A stretch of 56,407 bases of DNA, the filler included, from Streblomastix strix (Eukaryota): NCBI GenBank assembly GCA_008636045.1. It is 2 parts of 2 records of this genome, joined end to end, with 100 filler letters (N's around TTAATTAATTAA, not from the genome) between each part and the next. Parts side by side here need not be neighbours in the genome. Positions count along the whole stretch, not along the records: positions 28,274 to 56,407 come from SNRW01000130.1; 1 more part is not named here. One strand, written 5' to 3'. Below, one piece after another: positions 39,486-54,400 of the stretch; position 1 is the first letter of the stretch, and each line of letters begins with the position of its first letter. Below the pieces are notes generated by a model. The model made no database searches. It was not told the DNA's origin and was given only the letters and a program-made list of their open reading frames with translations. The position numbers were made by a program, and so were the translations under genes.

Positions 39486-42400
39486 TCACCATCTAAAACA
39501 AAAAAAAATTAATAAAAATTAATAAATTAATCCAAAAAAATCATACAGTGCACGCCATCTATAGGAGATAAATTATATTAATGAGAATGAATCTAAACAA
39601 CAATAAAAGAACTACATACCCAAGGTACATTTTGCTGAGGTTCTCACTACTCATTGCTTCTCGTATCAGTTTAGTAACTTATGTTTTTACTGTCATCAAT
39701 CCTTCACCAAATTCAAATCCTTTCAATTTCTGTTCAACACGTGAAATGGATTATTTAGCCTGTGATTCAATTGTTTGTCTATTTGCTTCATTATTAAATA
39801 CTCCAAATCTTCCAAAAGATCTCCCAAATAACATCCCAAACATACTTTCCCCATCATTTCCATTCTATTTGCACTGTTGTGTTATTATCTTAGATATTGT
39901 ATTATATGTTGGAGGAGGAGGGGAATCTTTATTTGATCCCCATCTATCATCTTCATCTTCATCAGATATATATATCGTATTATTGTTCTATTCATCTTCA
40001 TAATATTCTTCTTAGTCAATTTATTATTCAGTTTCATTCTCACGTTTGAAACATCCAGCAAGAGGATCTAATACAAATGCTTCAAGCATTGCCATAATAC
40101 CTCCTTTATTCAATCTCAGAAGCTGCATAGTCTATTCACAAGTCACTCCATATACACCTTTCACTCCACCCATGTCCATTGCATTGATCATCATCCTTGT
40201 TAGTCTGAATGGAACATACTCAGCTGATTAGGATCTTTACATGGCTTATTCAAAGCAGTCTCCAAAGTCTATATGAACAATCCTTGCTGATCCACGTTCT
40301 AGAAGTAAGTTACTTGGATGTCTATCTCCAAGTCCCAATATATGACCTATCATACTCATAACTGCTGTTGATTGAGTATAATTACGCCTTCTTTCAAACC
40401 ATTAGTCAGTTGTCTGATGTTTAAATTAAATATTATATCATTCATTATCATAAGAATATCCATATAAATACCTCACTACGAAGCCATATAATATCACAGA
40501 GATCACGAGCAGCTGTTCTACTACAGATATTATTAAATACTTCCAAACGCTTTTCATCAGTAAGTTCTGAATATTCATTGTTAACTTTATTTCCTGATAG
40601 ATCCTAGAGTCCTAATAATTCTCCAATCATATTGCGCTATAAATAAATATAAATATATGTGTATGATATTGAATATTAAGAATAAAGTAATTCTCTGACA
40701 TACCTCAATGTCTATCATATTATGCTCCTATCTATATTCATTCACAAAGCTCGCAAATGTGTCATGATTGTTCAGTATACCTACAAGACCAACTAATGGA
40801 GCAAGAGGAATAACTGGATATCTTCTGATAACTAAGTTCTGAAGCATTCTATCACTTTCAAAGATAGTATTGAGCAGATGAAACAACTGCATAATTCTCT
40901 CATCTAACCTGAGATCTTCTCTCCCTTTCAAAAGGAAGAAGTACCAAAGACCATCAGTTCCAAGTGCTTTCAAGAATCGAGGTCTCTATTTGGATGCATT
41001 CACTGGCATTATTCTATTAACATGATGGACACACACTCTTTATTGAGACATTATGAGTGATTGTTGGTCCAGAGTTGTGGTTGTCTGATTCAAGATATGT
41101 TATTCTGATGCATTATCAGCATAACTTGACTATCTTTGAAGCCGAAGGATACTTTCTGCAACTGTTCCAGGCATTGCTAATTGATAGTTTGTTTTATGAT
41201 ACAATACTGGAGAATATTCTTTAGTATCTATTGATAAAAATCTTGAGTCTTCATCTAACTGTTGGTGAATTGGATTGAATTTTCCCCAAGCTTCTTCAAA
41301 AAAGGCTTTCATCTTTGTTTGACTATAATTCTTTATAATAATAAAATAAAATAAACATAGGATATCAGATTAAAAATATGAAATATAAACAATATCTGAA
41401 TTAAATGGCAAACATCTGCATCCTATTTTGGTGCACTTAGTTGTTACTGGTATTTTTCAAAGAACTTATATTCAGGTTGTGTGAGGAGTTAGAATCCGAA
41501 ATGAATAATGATATCCTCAAGTTCTATTTCAGACAGTTGTGAAATATCAACACTGTTTCCCATAGCTGAGAATATTCTCTCTGGGAATACTTCCTTATAT
41601 CCAGCTTTTGTTTATATCATCTTTGATTAATGTACTTTTACTTGATTTGCATTAAGAATTCTTGACTGTGAAATAGTTGATGAAATGAAATGATGAAGAG
41701 ATGCAGATTATTGTAGTTAATGGATATCAACATTATTTTTATTTGCTAATGGTGAAGGTACAACAACTTTAGTGGCAGTATTCAATTATTATAATACAGC
41801 AGATTAACTGTTCTATAAAACTGGGCTATTTTATTCTTAATTATCTAAATTTTCTGTAATTATTCCTTTGTATTAAACATGCAAATCAACGAGTTTGTTG
41901 AGCATAGGATACTTAAACAATATTCCATCTACACGCTCTTAATCCTTCTCTTACATATCAAGTATAGCCTGAAGTGCAAATGAGTGAGATTTCATTATCT
42001 CATCATTGAACTCAAATAGCTTTTATAGATCTTTATATGATTAGTCTATATTCTTGATCTATAAATAATATCCATATGTTTCATTCAGTTTCCAACACCA
42101 ATATTCTTCAATTGTAACAACCAACTTAATTAATTCATGTGATATCATGTGTGCATCCATAAGAGCACGACGTGATGATCCATTCATCATCTTTGACAAG
42201 ACTTCAGATGATATTTCCTTTCTAAGGGAATTCTCAGACTGTAAATAAATAGATAATATTATTTATTGTTATTTAATTAGAATTTAAAGCATTACATACT
42301 TTAGAAGCCACGATTAATGGAAACATAATTGCATCCGGATGAGTGAGTGATATATTAGCCAGAACTTCATGGAGTTGGTTTCTTACTGGAATTTCGAGAT

Positions 42401-45400
42401 CGAGATTTGCAATAATCTAAGGTAGAACATTAAGCCAAATTCCTTCTTTCTTGTTTGTCATTTCAATGAATGCATCTCCAAGTGAGTCAATTACAAATAT
42501 ATCATGGTTGTTCTACAAAAAAGTCATCATACGTAGTGAGTCTTGCAGAGGGACTTTAGGATAGAAGATGATTGAATTAGTAAATGCTTCAAATGTTCGA
42601 TAGAGGAGCTTAATCCATTTCAATGCAGATAAAAGACTCTCATCTTTTACTTCATTCAATTAATCTTCTATTTCTCTGGGATCCTACATTATCATTATTC
42701 TATTTGAAGGTTAAGTATCTGGAACATTAGTATCATCTTATCTAGAAGTTGATGTATTTCCATCTTTTTTAGCAATATCAACAGTTCTTCTATCCAATAA
42801 TGTTTCAAACTAGTCAATATTAACAAATGAATATGATGGAGTCATCTTCCTAAAAGGAAGTAAAATCTCCTTTATTTTCTGATCAAGCAGATTCTCTACA
42901 ACATTCCCATTGCTTTCATTGAATGTCTGTTATTTAGCAAATTCGTATCTCTTCTGTGATTTAAGCAACTCCACATAACATTTAGCCAATCTGTGCCAAG
43001 CTTTGTGCCATTCTGGTTATAATTGAGTTGCTTTTAAGAAACAATTTGAAGCTTCCTGGAGTAATTTAGTCTCCGTTTCTTAATCATTCCTTCGATCCCC
43101 CCATCTTTTGAGTTTCTCTTCTCCTTATCCATTATTAACAGAAGATCCTTATTATCCATCATGATCTTTCTCTCTTAATTTCTCTCTTTCTTTTATATCT
43201 TCATGAATAACTTATTATTTGTTTCTTAGGATCCTCCCTTTATGAACCCATAACTTTGAACTTAATTTCTTCCCTTCTGTTTATTAAATCAGAATGTCTA
43301 ATCTCTTTTATGCTTCTTCTGTTTTCCTATTTGCCAAAAGATCCTTAATGAATATATGTTGAAATTCTACTCGTACTCCTTCAGGGATTGGTTCATCCTT
43401 CCCCAATTCTCTTATAAACCTTCTATCGTGGGAGAGAAGTTGTGTTCTATGAATATTTTCTGATCCAAGATCATTTGAGAGTTTGGATGATTGAGTTGTA
43501 TCAGAGGTCTTTATCTAATTGGGTGTTTTACCTCCAATATTCATCAATCTGAGTAACATCCTTGTCGCAAGTTTGTTTTATCCAGCTCGTCGACATATAG
43601 CTGCAAATTTACCCCAAGATTTTGTAGCAAATTTGATGGCCTCAGCAGCAAATGAATCTGTGTCCATACTACTCTAAAGAGAAACTGTAGTATCAACAAC
43701 TGGCATTGAATGTGTTGAATTATTTGTAGTGTTTGTTTCCTTATATAGTAGAAACTGTTCAGAAGGGAATATCATAGAGTGTAGTGTATTGAAATCGAGT
43801 GATGCAAGTGGATCTGGTTCAGATGCATCCATTCTTTGAAGCCACATTTAACTCAATCTCTCAATTCTATGCAATTATTCATTTGATATTTGTGATAATG
43901 ATATTATTTATGAAGATGTATTTAAAGCTGATTAAGTAGATGATGATTCAGACATTGAATGAGAAGAAATTGATTTGGAGATTGACGATGAATTATCTCC
44001 ATATAAAAATGTACCAAGGTCTCTGCCATTCAACTAGTTTATACACTGACCAACTTCTTCAACTTCAATAAGTTATTATGCTTTCACAATAGTTGAATAT
44101 GCTCGATCATAACCAGATGGACCCATTGCTGCAATCATTTCCATCATTCCAGTTGCTGATCTTTCTTAATCAATTTCATATTATTATCCATCTTCAGTTA
44201 ATTCATTGTTAATGGTCTTTGGTTAACTGTATATAACATTATTACTTCCAATATATGCTGTTGATGAATGAAAAGATCCCATCACTCCTAATTAAGGACG
44301 AATCCATTCACGAGATTCATCAAGAGCTTGAAGCATAACTTTTTCTTATTGTCTGTGTGCAGAAAGTATTCCTAAATAGAATCCACGATCTGCCTGTTCA
44401 ATATCCATCATATCAATAAGCTCTTTTAGTTGATCAAATTAATGTAAGTGCATTGCAACCTGGGCTCCATAAGTAGCTAATTTCCTCTTTGCATCTCCAG
44501 CTACAGTCCTCAAATACAACATTGCAATTCTCAATACTTCTTCTCCTTCACCCAAATGCATAAGACATCTCACAAGACCCATCAACTTCCTCTACCATTG
44601 AGTAGGAGCTACTTCAGATATTCCTTATTAGACTATTTATTGTGTTGGTGAACTACTTTAGGGAATTTGTTTATCTATTATTTTGGATGGTATCTGTTAA
44701 CTGATTGTTGTGAATGAGGATTGTTTAGAATAAATATCGTTGTCTAAATGATGACGATATAACTTCTCAGCTTCATCCCAATTCCTCATCTTTTCATGTT
44801 TCCATGCATCTACTTCTGATTGGAGTAACTCTTCTCCAAATTACACAATTCCTTCAGATGCATTCTTCTCTCTTAATTGTTCATTCAATTGAAGAAGAGC
44901 CATAATATGACCATCATTTTCATTATTGAGGTCAGGCTACTCATAATTACTTTTCTTATCAAAGTTAGATGGAGTTGTTGTAGGAAGAAGATCAGGTGAA
45001 TTTGAATTGGCTGGAATGTTGCTCTATTTGAAGTATGATCCTTCAGGAGATGATTCCCAATCTTCTTCAATGCGACTCTTATTCCGAATATGAGAATATA
45101 CTGTTTCTTATTGTTTCTAATTCTATGAATCAATCTCTATTGTTGGAATAGGAACAACATTATACTGATCTTCTATTTGTGGTTAATCATTGGATTAGAA
45201 ATACAACTCACTTGCAGTGCAGTATTAGTCACCAACTCTTGTGCTTATAAGTGAATGCCACACTGGGAATTATGTATTTGGATTGAGATTGATCCTCCCA
45301 ATTGTAGCTAATTCTTTATATCTCAATGAAGCTGGTAACATCTGACATTTATGCGCTATTAGGGAAAGGAGATCCAAATTAAAGAGAATTGGAGTCTCTC

Positions 45401-48400
45401 TTCGCTCCATGTGCTCATCAAGCTTCAAAATAGCCATTCCTACTTCAATTGGAAGCTGAGGCTTATCTAATAGCTCTTCCAAATACTGAATAATAATGTC
45501 CAATTAATTATTTGCATCTTTCTTCTTCAAACAGTCCCACATTGCAGCAAAAGCATGTGGAAGAAGTTAAGGAAGAAGTGAATGAATGTTTATAGCACAA
45601 CTATAGGCCAATATAATTGCAGGGAGATGGGATGAATTAATAAGTTTGAAAGTGAAATTGCGCTGATGTTCGATTATATCTTCTTTAGTTCTACAGTGCT
45701 TGCATTCAAATGCAGCAGAGATATCTTCAGTTTTGAAGTTATTGAATAGTACTTGTGCAATATATTCTCTCTATTACTGAGCTAATGATTATTCTGAAGG
45801 CTGAATAATTGGGCTTTATTCCTCAGGTAGAACCAGTTTCCTTTATTGTTCCACTTCTTCCTCAATAATGAATGGAGGAAGAGGTCGAGCTCCTGATCCA
45901 CTAATCCCCCATAAACCTCTTTAATAGGAATGAGAGTCATTAATAGAAAGTGCTTTATATGCTTATGAGAATGAATATCCAAGACCCAATCCTAATAATG
46001 ATGGTTGTGATCCTGCAAGAGTAAATGTTTATAGAGAGAGCTAATTGATCTTGGACATTGATTGTATGGATGTCAGAGATTAAGATTTTAATGTGACTTT
46101 GGATGTATAAGGATCAATATATTCAGTTGTAGGTTAAAGGATACTTAATAATGACGCTGTATTTGGTATAGAAATATTCGATTTATTAAGAAGAATATTT
46201 CTTGAAATTATATATTCTTTCTCGCCCTCCTGTGAGTATTAATTTAAATCATCTCCATTGTTACATAAATTGCAAAGTTTATTCTACCCTTGAATTGATG
46301 CAACAATGCGAGTTGTTATTATTTGCAGAATGCCTTAACTTTCCCTGCCTTCCATTATCATAGCATGTTCTATCATTTATAATAAAACATTCTTTGCTTC
46401 TGTTGCAACTTGTGGATTTTATTCATTCACTTCAATTAACCTTGTTACTGATTCAGTTGATCTGTTATTAGGCTTCTTCATACCAGGTACCCAAATTCCA
46501 TAGAAACTGTCATCCTCAGTAAGTAATTGGTTCCTTAGATGGTGATGATATTATAAAGGAAGCAGACTCATTTTGGATCCTATTTCATTTCTATCATTAA
46601 TATTGGTCTATTCATCATCGTTATCTATTTACCATGTTGACTATGATAATGTGATTCCAACTTTACTCATATATATATCTTTACTTAAAGATGATATATT
46701 GCTGCTATTTTCTTCGCCCAAAGTTTTAATACCTTCTTAATTACTCCCAAAGAATTTAGCTTATTATGCAATATTCTGAGCATGCCCTGTCTAATGAGCT
46801 AAAGCAACAAGTATCTGAATGATATGTTCAATAATGAATAAATCAGCATAAGAATAACCATCTTCTGAAACTGGACGAGCTGTTGAATTTTGTTGATATT
46901 ATTGTTGTTATTGTTATTAATAGATTAGATTTGATGGATTATACTATTATGCACCATATGATCCAACTCCTACACTTGATCCAACTAATGATACAGGGCT
47001 ATTACTAAAAGGTTATACCAGACTTTATCCATAATTCACAGCAGGGGAGTGCCCTTATGTTAGAAGAATACTTGGATTGTGCAATCCAACTCCAATTTGT
47101 GAACTAGCTATAGTACTAGCTCCATATACTTATCCAAATCCAATATTCTTCTATGCATTATATCCTTAATTAGCAATTCCTAAATTATGACTTTATCCAG
47201 ACATAATACCTTATTACTGTATTCCAAGTTAAGTATGAATTGGTTATGTACTATTTTATATATTTTGTATTCTTCCTTAGGGTGTTTGTGGATGTGGTGA
47301 TGGATTGATTATAACATATGGACTTCCAGTTTATGGTACATGAGGTTATGGATTATGGATTTATGTGCCTTTAGCTGAGTTTAACTCAGATTATAGTGCT
47401 TGTGTCTAATGAATCTATTGTATTGTTTGCTATTATTAAACTCTCTTATGAAAGAATAAATAAATAGTTTCATCTTCAACTTATGTGTTTCCTGGTCCCA
47501 ATTAATCTACAGTCAATATTGGTGTTTGTGTGCTGTATTATTTTAATACTATTCTTTATGGATATTAGGATATGAATTGTAAAGGAGAAGGAGATTAAGT
47601 AGGAATCATTGAAAATGGAGTTGACTATGGAGTATCATAAGGTGATAGAGACATTGGTATATTGGCACTTCCAGCCATTAATTCAAATGTTTATGGAGTT
47701 AATGACATCGTTCTCAGAGAATTGACTTCTTTACTTAATTTATCTTCATGTATTCGTTATGCTACAGAAGCACACGGAAGCCTCTGGATCAATCTAAAGC
47801 ACTTCAAAGCAAATGCAAATGGATTTACAGGTGGGAGTGTGAATTAATCTAAATGTCTGGCTATTGTTGATCCTTAAGAGATCGTCTCTGGTATATTTGC
47901 AATCTCTGAAACAAAATTGATGTGTTATTTCACAATATCATTCAAACTATACTACACAGGAACTGCTTCTGATTCTGTGAGTTTGGACTTCTAACGATGC
48001 AATTAATCCTTTTGTAACTTCGCTCTTCTTTATTGTAAATAATTTTAGTAATCACTCTTAGAGTTTGTGTAATCAGATTATTTTGAATTATTCTCACCTT
48101 CTTTCTTTTTATTTTCATTTTATTAATCATCATCTATATTCATCTGTTCCATATTCAGTTTTATCATTTCATCAATCTATTTAACTCTAATATTCTTCAG
48201 CTGTATAAAAGAATGATGGTGAAAACAATCTTCTAATACACATCGAAGTGGAAGCATCCTAATTGTGGATCGAAGAATTGGAGTTAAGAAAGTAGATACA
48301 TCAACATGATTGGCAATTACAGCTAGTGTAAATAAGGATGCTAGACGAAGAACAGCTGGTGAAAGAGCATATTCAAATTAATCATAATAGAATATATTGA

Positions 48401-51400
48401 ATAGTGGTATAATAACTTATTGAGTTGATTTCTATGAGTTGTGTTATTATTAATTTAGATGCATTATTGATTTATTAGTCAAATTCTTATTAATATCTGG
48501 AGTAGGGGATTGAGATAGTTATTATGTAGATATTGGAGAAGGAGCATGATCTGGAAGTAATGAATAGTGGGAGGAATAATCTTTTTGAATTTATTAATTA
48601 ATTCCTGGATTTGGAAGCATCGAGTTCCTTGAATCTTAACTAATTGACATTTGGGATAAATTAGCTCTGTTTCCTTATTATTACTATTACTACTATTAAT
48701 TAACATCAATTTACGGACTAGCAACTACTTGACCTTACTGTAATCGAACAGTTTTCCAGTTATTCTGATGTTATTGAAGAAGAAACCACTCTTGCCATTA
48801 CTATTAATACTTAAATATTTATGAAATTTCCATCATCTTTTATTATTCAAGTTGTTGCTTTCTTCTTGCTTCTTATCTCTTCTAATTTAATTATTTATAT
48901 TTTTACTAACTGGATTAATTGGATAAATGCGGGGTTTAGCTCTGAACAAGTTGGCTCTGCTATAGAAGATAATTCTGAACATTTATCACAAATTACTTGA
49001 ATAATTCCCTGCAATTAATGAAATGGGGTTATTTGTAAGTATTTGGATCCAGAAGTGGGAGTAAAGAGGACATGACAAGTGGGATAAATTCTCCCAAATG
49101 CTTAACAACTATTTATAATAAGTATAAGGCAGGATGTATACAGTGGGGGTGTTGCAGCATCTCTACAATATGAGGCATAAACTATGGGAGAGAATCTCTG
49201 AATCTGTCATATGAATAAAACATCTACTCAAATAGTGGTACAACATCAAGAAAGTAGATTGTCCAGTTAGATTTCATCATCTTGTTAATTTGAATGAAAT
49301 ATGCAACAATAAAATAATAATTAAATAAGTAATACAAATTAAAATAATCAAATTGCATACTTATATCATTGCATCAACACTTGAACTCATTTCTATAGTG
49401 TACTCTTTCACAAATAAAGCCAATAATCTGAATATGCAGCAAATCATTACTGATGTTGGAGCAGTTGTCTTTTAAGTTCCTAATTATTGTGCTTATGTTA
49501 ATTCATGTGTACTAAATGAATTCTCATTGGTTTGCTGTTATTCATTTTAGTCAAATATTCCTTTTTCACTTGGAGCACTGAATGTATTTAAATTTTAATT
49601 AATCAAGAGTTCACTTGCATCTTTTGCAATTGAAATGATTAAACGTGCAGTTCGCTTTACAAGTGAACCAACACCCTGAAATGGAGATGAATCAACAGAT
49701 GCTATCCAAAGAAGTGTAGAAAGCAAGAATTCAGAATGTATCATATTCCCCCTTTCAAAAGTCCCACGTAACTACCTTAATAATATTGATGTAATTGCAT
49801 ATGAACAATCATTTAATCTCCTTTTTCTTATTTTTTGTGTTATTGTCCTTTACTCTGCTAATTACTACGTCCATAACGCATTAATACCCTCTTATTATTC
49901 TTCATGTGCAACAAGGACTTATTCTGCAGATTCGCTTCTTGAAAATGGATTTAAATATGAATTTGATTCAAGAGCAACGGGTTTTTGAACTCCTTAACCC
50001 TCATATACATTAAACAATTGTTCAGAGTCTTAATTGTCTGCTTCATTATCAGCTTCAGATTAATTATCAATTATTTCTTCTTCTTATTCATCTTCATCAA
50101 CACCATCAATGTCTGCATTTGGATTCTTAAGAGTCAAAATACAATGAATGTGATCCTCATCTTAGTGTGGAACTGTTGTTGGTGATGATAAGGCTAATAT
50201 CTTTGATGCATTCAATGGAGAGATTGGACCAATAATTCCAATTAATCTGAAAGCTTCTTTGAAGAGTTGCATTGATGATGGTCTGAGTAAGAAAGCTAAT
50301 AAAGTTGGGAGAAGTTGTGGAAACTGAGAAAGTGGAGATACAACAACTCCTGTTGCTTGGATTATGATACCAAGAGTTCGAAGTGCTGAATGTATGAGAT
50401 ATGTTTGAGATGAACCCACTGTTTGTGCAGTTGCAGGTTCAATAGCAACGAAATGAATAAGTAAAGAGATAATAGGTTTTGCTAAATCGTTGTAATATTG
50501 ATCTAGATTAGACCAACTTACTCTAGCCAATTCCCCAAGTCCATCAAGTGTAATTCTTGTAATATCTGATGTATGCAACACTAATGTAGGTTTGAATACT
50601 TAAACTATTCTTTGAACCTGAGATGATGCAATTGTTGGTGCATCATGAATGATATGCACTATATGTTGAGCAAGCATTTTCATCTGGTTTTTATGCTAAG
50701 TCTATAGAGAAAACTATGTAAGCGCACTATCAAGCAATTGTCTGAACCTTTGATGAATTACTCCCTCCTGATTTGATGTTATACGACTTAATATATTCAT
50801 TGTCATTCTCTTAATTTCAGAGTTCTCATCATTGAGTAATGGGAGGAGGTATTTTTCTATTTTCTCAAATAACATGGTGAACTATTCAAATTTCTTTCCC
50901 AAATCCTTAAGAACATTTAATCTAACCTCAGCATCAGGATCAGTATTCATGACTACCAATAACATCCGTGATATTGTTCTCATTATTACTAAATAAGCTC
51001 TTTTTCCAACATTTTCTGTTTTCTTAAACTCACTCATATTTGAACTCTTTGTGAGGACATTGATCTAATTCTGTACAACAGGATTAACTAACTTTGTACA
51101 TGCTTATACACATCTTAATCTCACCTCAGCTGTATGATGCAATAAATATGGGCACACAATATCCCAGAGATAATGTGCTAAATAATGACCTGAGAAATCA
51201 AAGTTGGCTAATATATATAGTGCTTCACATACAAGTCTATTTGTTATATCATCTCTTGATGATCTTTAATTAAATTTAGCAATTCCTTGTGGATTTGAGA
51301 GTGAAAGTTGAGAATTTGAACTTTGGAGATTTTTATTTGAAATGTTAATTTCTGATCTTTATCTGTTCAACTTTAATGCGCTCATCTGTTACCTGAATGG

Positions 51401-54400
51401 TCCTAATCCTTAATATTTATTTTAATCTGACATTATCATACCTCCAGTTTAATTGAAATCTTATTATCTATTCAAAATGCTATTAATATCAAATGCTCCT
51501 TATTAGTTATCAAATAGACCATCATATTAATTTGTGGTATTATCTTCATCTAAATTCTGCCCAAACACACTTCTTGAATCAAGTTAAGTCATATATAACT
51601 AATGAAAATGACTCTAAAGTTATAGCTGTTATTTAATTTAATTTTGCTTCTGCAAATTTATCTAAAGACGTTATTAAATTTATTTTAAATAAATGTTACT
51701 TAGGGAATTTGTCCGTGTTTATTAAATTAAGCCACTTTTATCTATTTACTTTTAGCCAAAATTTAATTCTTGTGGAGTTTATTTATTTTATTATTGTTAT
51801 TGTTACAATTTCTGTATAAGTTCTTGAAGAGCACTAGCTTCTGCCTAGTGTTGCATGAGCAATGAATACAACATCTATCTTTATTCCTGGGTCTGCTGTT
51901 ATGCAGTTATAGCTCTACTAAGAGTGATTGATGTTGGAGTCTATATATTATCTTAATACGGTTACACTTCATTATATTGATCTGATTATATTGTTGGGTG
52001 TAATATATGGCATCTAACATCTAATAATCCTGGTATCTATGATTCTGTGCATGTACATTAAGAGATGGAAGAAGATCCTTTAATAACACAAGCAATACAA
52101 AGCTCTGTTTATTATGTGCAATTATCTGGAATGGGAATGTATTAATTATTTCTTCCTGCTATATTTCCTTAGTATTTATTATAACCTGATTAATTTGCAG
52201 ATATGTTTGAAGGCCTTGTTTATGCTTATCTATTATACTATTTTGCACCCAGTTATGTTACAGGGAATGCAATAACCATTGGTAAGTGAATCCTTTGTAT
52301 CAGAGGAATTTCATCTATACCACTTATTTGCTTCTAATATTAATTAATGTTTTATCCACCATTGATTACTGATGATTAACTTGAGTCTCCCTTCCTGATC
52401 CCCCTTGATTCATTTTCATTATTTGATGATGAAGACAAATTTGGAGCCAGAATTTCATATATTTGGATTAACAGTCTTGTTTATACAGAAGGAAGAAGAT
52501 GTGGGAAATGTTTACATATTGTGCTGAGTGTGGAACAAAACTTCTTACCCAATGGAGCTCTAAATACAGCATCGAGAATAACTTCACTTAATGTGAGTTC
52601 ATTGGGAAGTGTTTCCACAATCTCTCTAAGACAATCAAATGCCAACTAAGATTAGGATGAATTCCTTTATTTAGTCAAAACCGATACTATTACTTGCATA
52701 ATTCCTTATGAAAAGGCTTTTATTGTTGATGTGAGCATTTTTATTTCATTCTTTAAGTTTTCAATCTTTTATGTTGACTCATCTAAATAAGGATCATTAT
52801 TTAGTAATTAATGGTAACTGTTCTTATAAGCTATTTTATTACTATTCAATTAATCATTCTCTCTTAGGTCTATTTAATCAATATCATTAACATAGTCATT
52901 TAATGATATTATCATCTGTGATTACTTTTATTCATTGTGTGAATGTCCTTTATATTCTTATTATTCCTATTCAAGATCCTAAAGTTTCAATTGCATTATT
53001 CTACGCGTTTCCACAAGATTCTTCACAAGTTGAGGGAATATGGTAAAAGTGCTTCTTTGTGACAAAAGATCATTCTCAGCGGTTGCCAATAATATATTCA
53101 TGCATTCTGTTATACATCGAATGGCAACACCTGCACGAAATGCCAGTGCAAATGGAGGAAGAATGTGAATAAGAGCATGTCTCACTGCAGCTAAATTAGT
53201 GTTTTTGAGATTGTTTATCTGATAATATTTGAGTAATGAGTATATAATAATAATACTAATAATAATAATAATATAATATGTGTGCATACTATTTCTATAA
53301 TTCTGTCCATTTTCAGATGTCTTCTAACGTATTTCAATTTCAGCATTTCACCCAAAGCTAATAATCCACCATGAAGTCTTATGACATTAAGCTTATCCCT
53401 CACTGAAGTATCATGCAATCTATCAATATAAGCTTGGAATCTCTATCTCGTTCTTTCACTGTCTCTTTATTCTTCTTATCTCATACACTCTCCAAAACAT
53501 TTAGATGCATCTGGATGGACCATTATTTCATCTTTCTGAAGAAATGCCTGACAAATTCATTATATAATTATGTTAATAAATATTAAATGATATATATAAT
53601 AATACGAATGCATACCCACATAATGTTTATTGTTGCATCGAGATATTTCACAAATTAGGCTTTTGCTTTTCGCGATAATTGTTCCAGTAAAACAAGTGAA
53701 GCATTCTTTCTGAGTTTCTCTTCTTAATTCTTTTAGTTTTCTTCTCGTGTCTAAATCTGATTAAATGTTTAATTTGATTTGTGCCTTTAATTAAAAATAA
53801 TTCAATGTATACAACATAATCTCAATTTCATACATTTGATGTTGAATCAAGTGGTTTTACAAGAAATTAAGTGTGTCACTAACAAGAGTGTCTACAAATT
53901 CAGCTGCACCAAGATTGTCTTTAACAATGCTCGCTTGATTGTATAAGTAAGAAATTAAATATATTAAATTATTATAAAACTTCTATATCAATCAATTCTA
54001 TTCACAGGTTATCAATAAAAACTATAAAACCTATTGTTTCTGCAGAGCATTTCACAATTTCTAAATGTTCAGACTTAAGACAAACTTCTAAAAAACTTCT
54101 TACACTTGAAAATGAAAGTACATCATTTCTAATTGTTAAAATTTCTTAAAATTCCATTTTATAAGTAAATATAAATATTAAATATAAATCCATAAAAATA
54201 AATTGAAGTACCAGTTGCAATCAATGCTGCTTGTTAAAAGTTTACATCATTAGATTATTAAGATTATTAGATCATGGATAAAAAATCTGCTTTAGGATTC
54301 TAAGAAAAAAAATATAATAAATGATATATTGAATGATATATACATCTTCAATTATTCTGAGAACATCCTCCCTAATATCTGCAAGGGGTCTATATAAACA

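Noticed and set aside
40040..41000. PIKK as SMG1, ATR or ATM (GREDLRLD and the Cys-free FATC resemble them)
   Set aside because: [32 protein letters not shown] and the TOR-type HEAT/FAT motifs indicate TOR.
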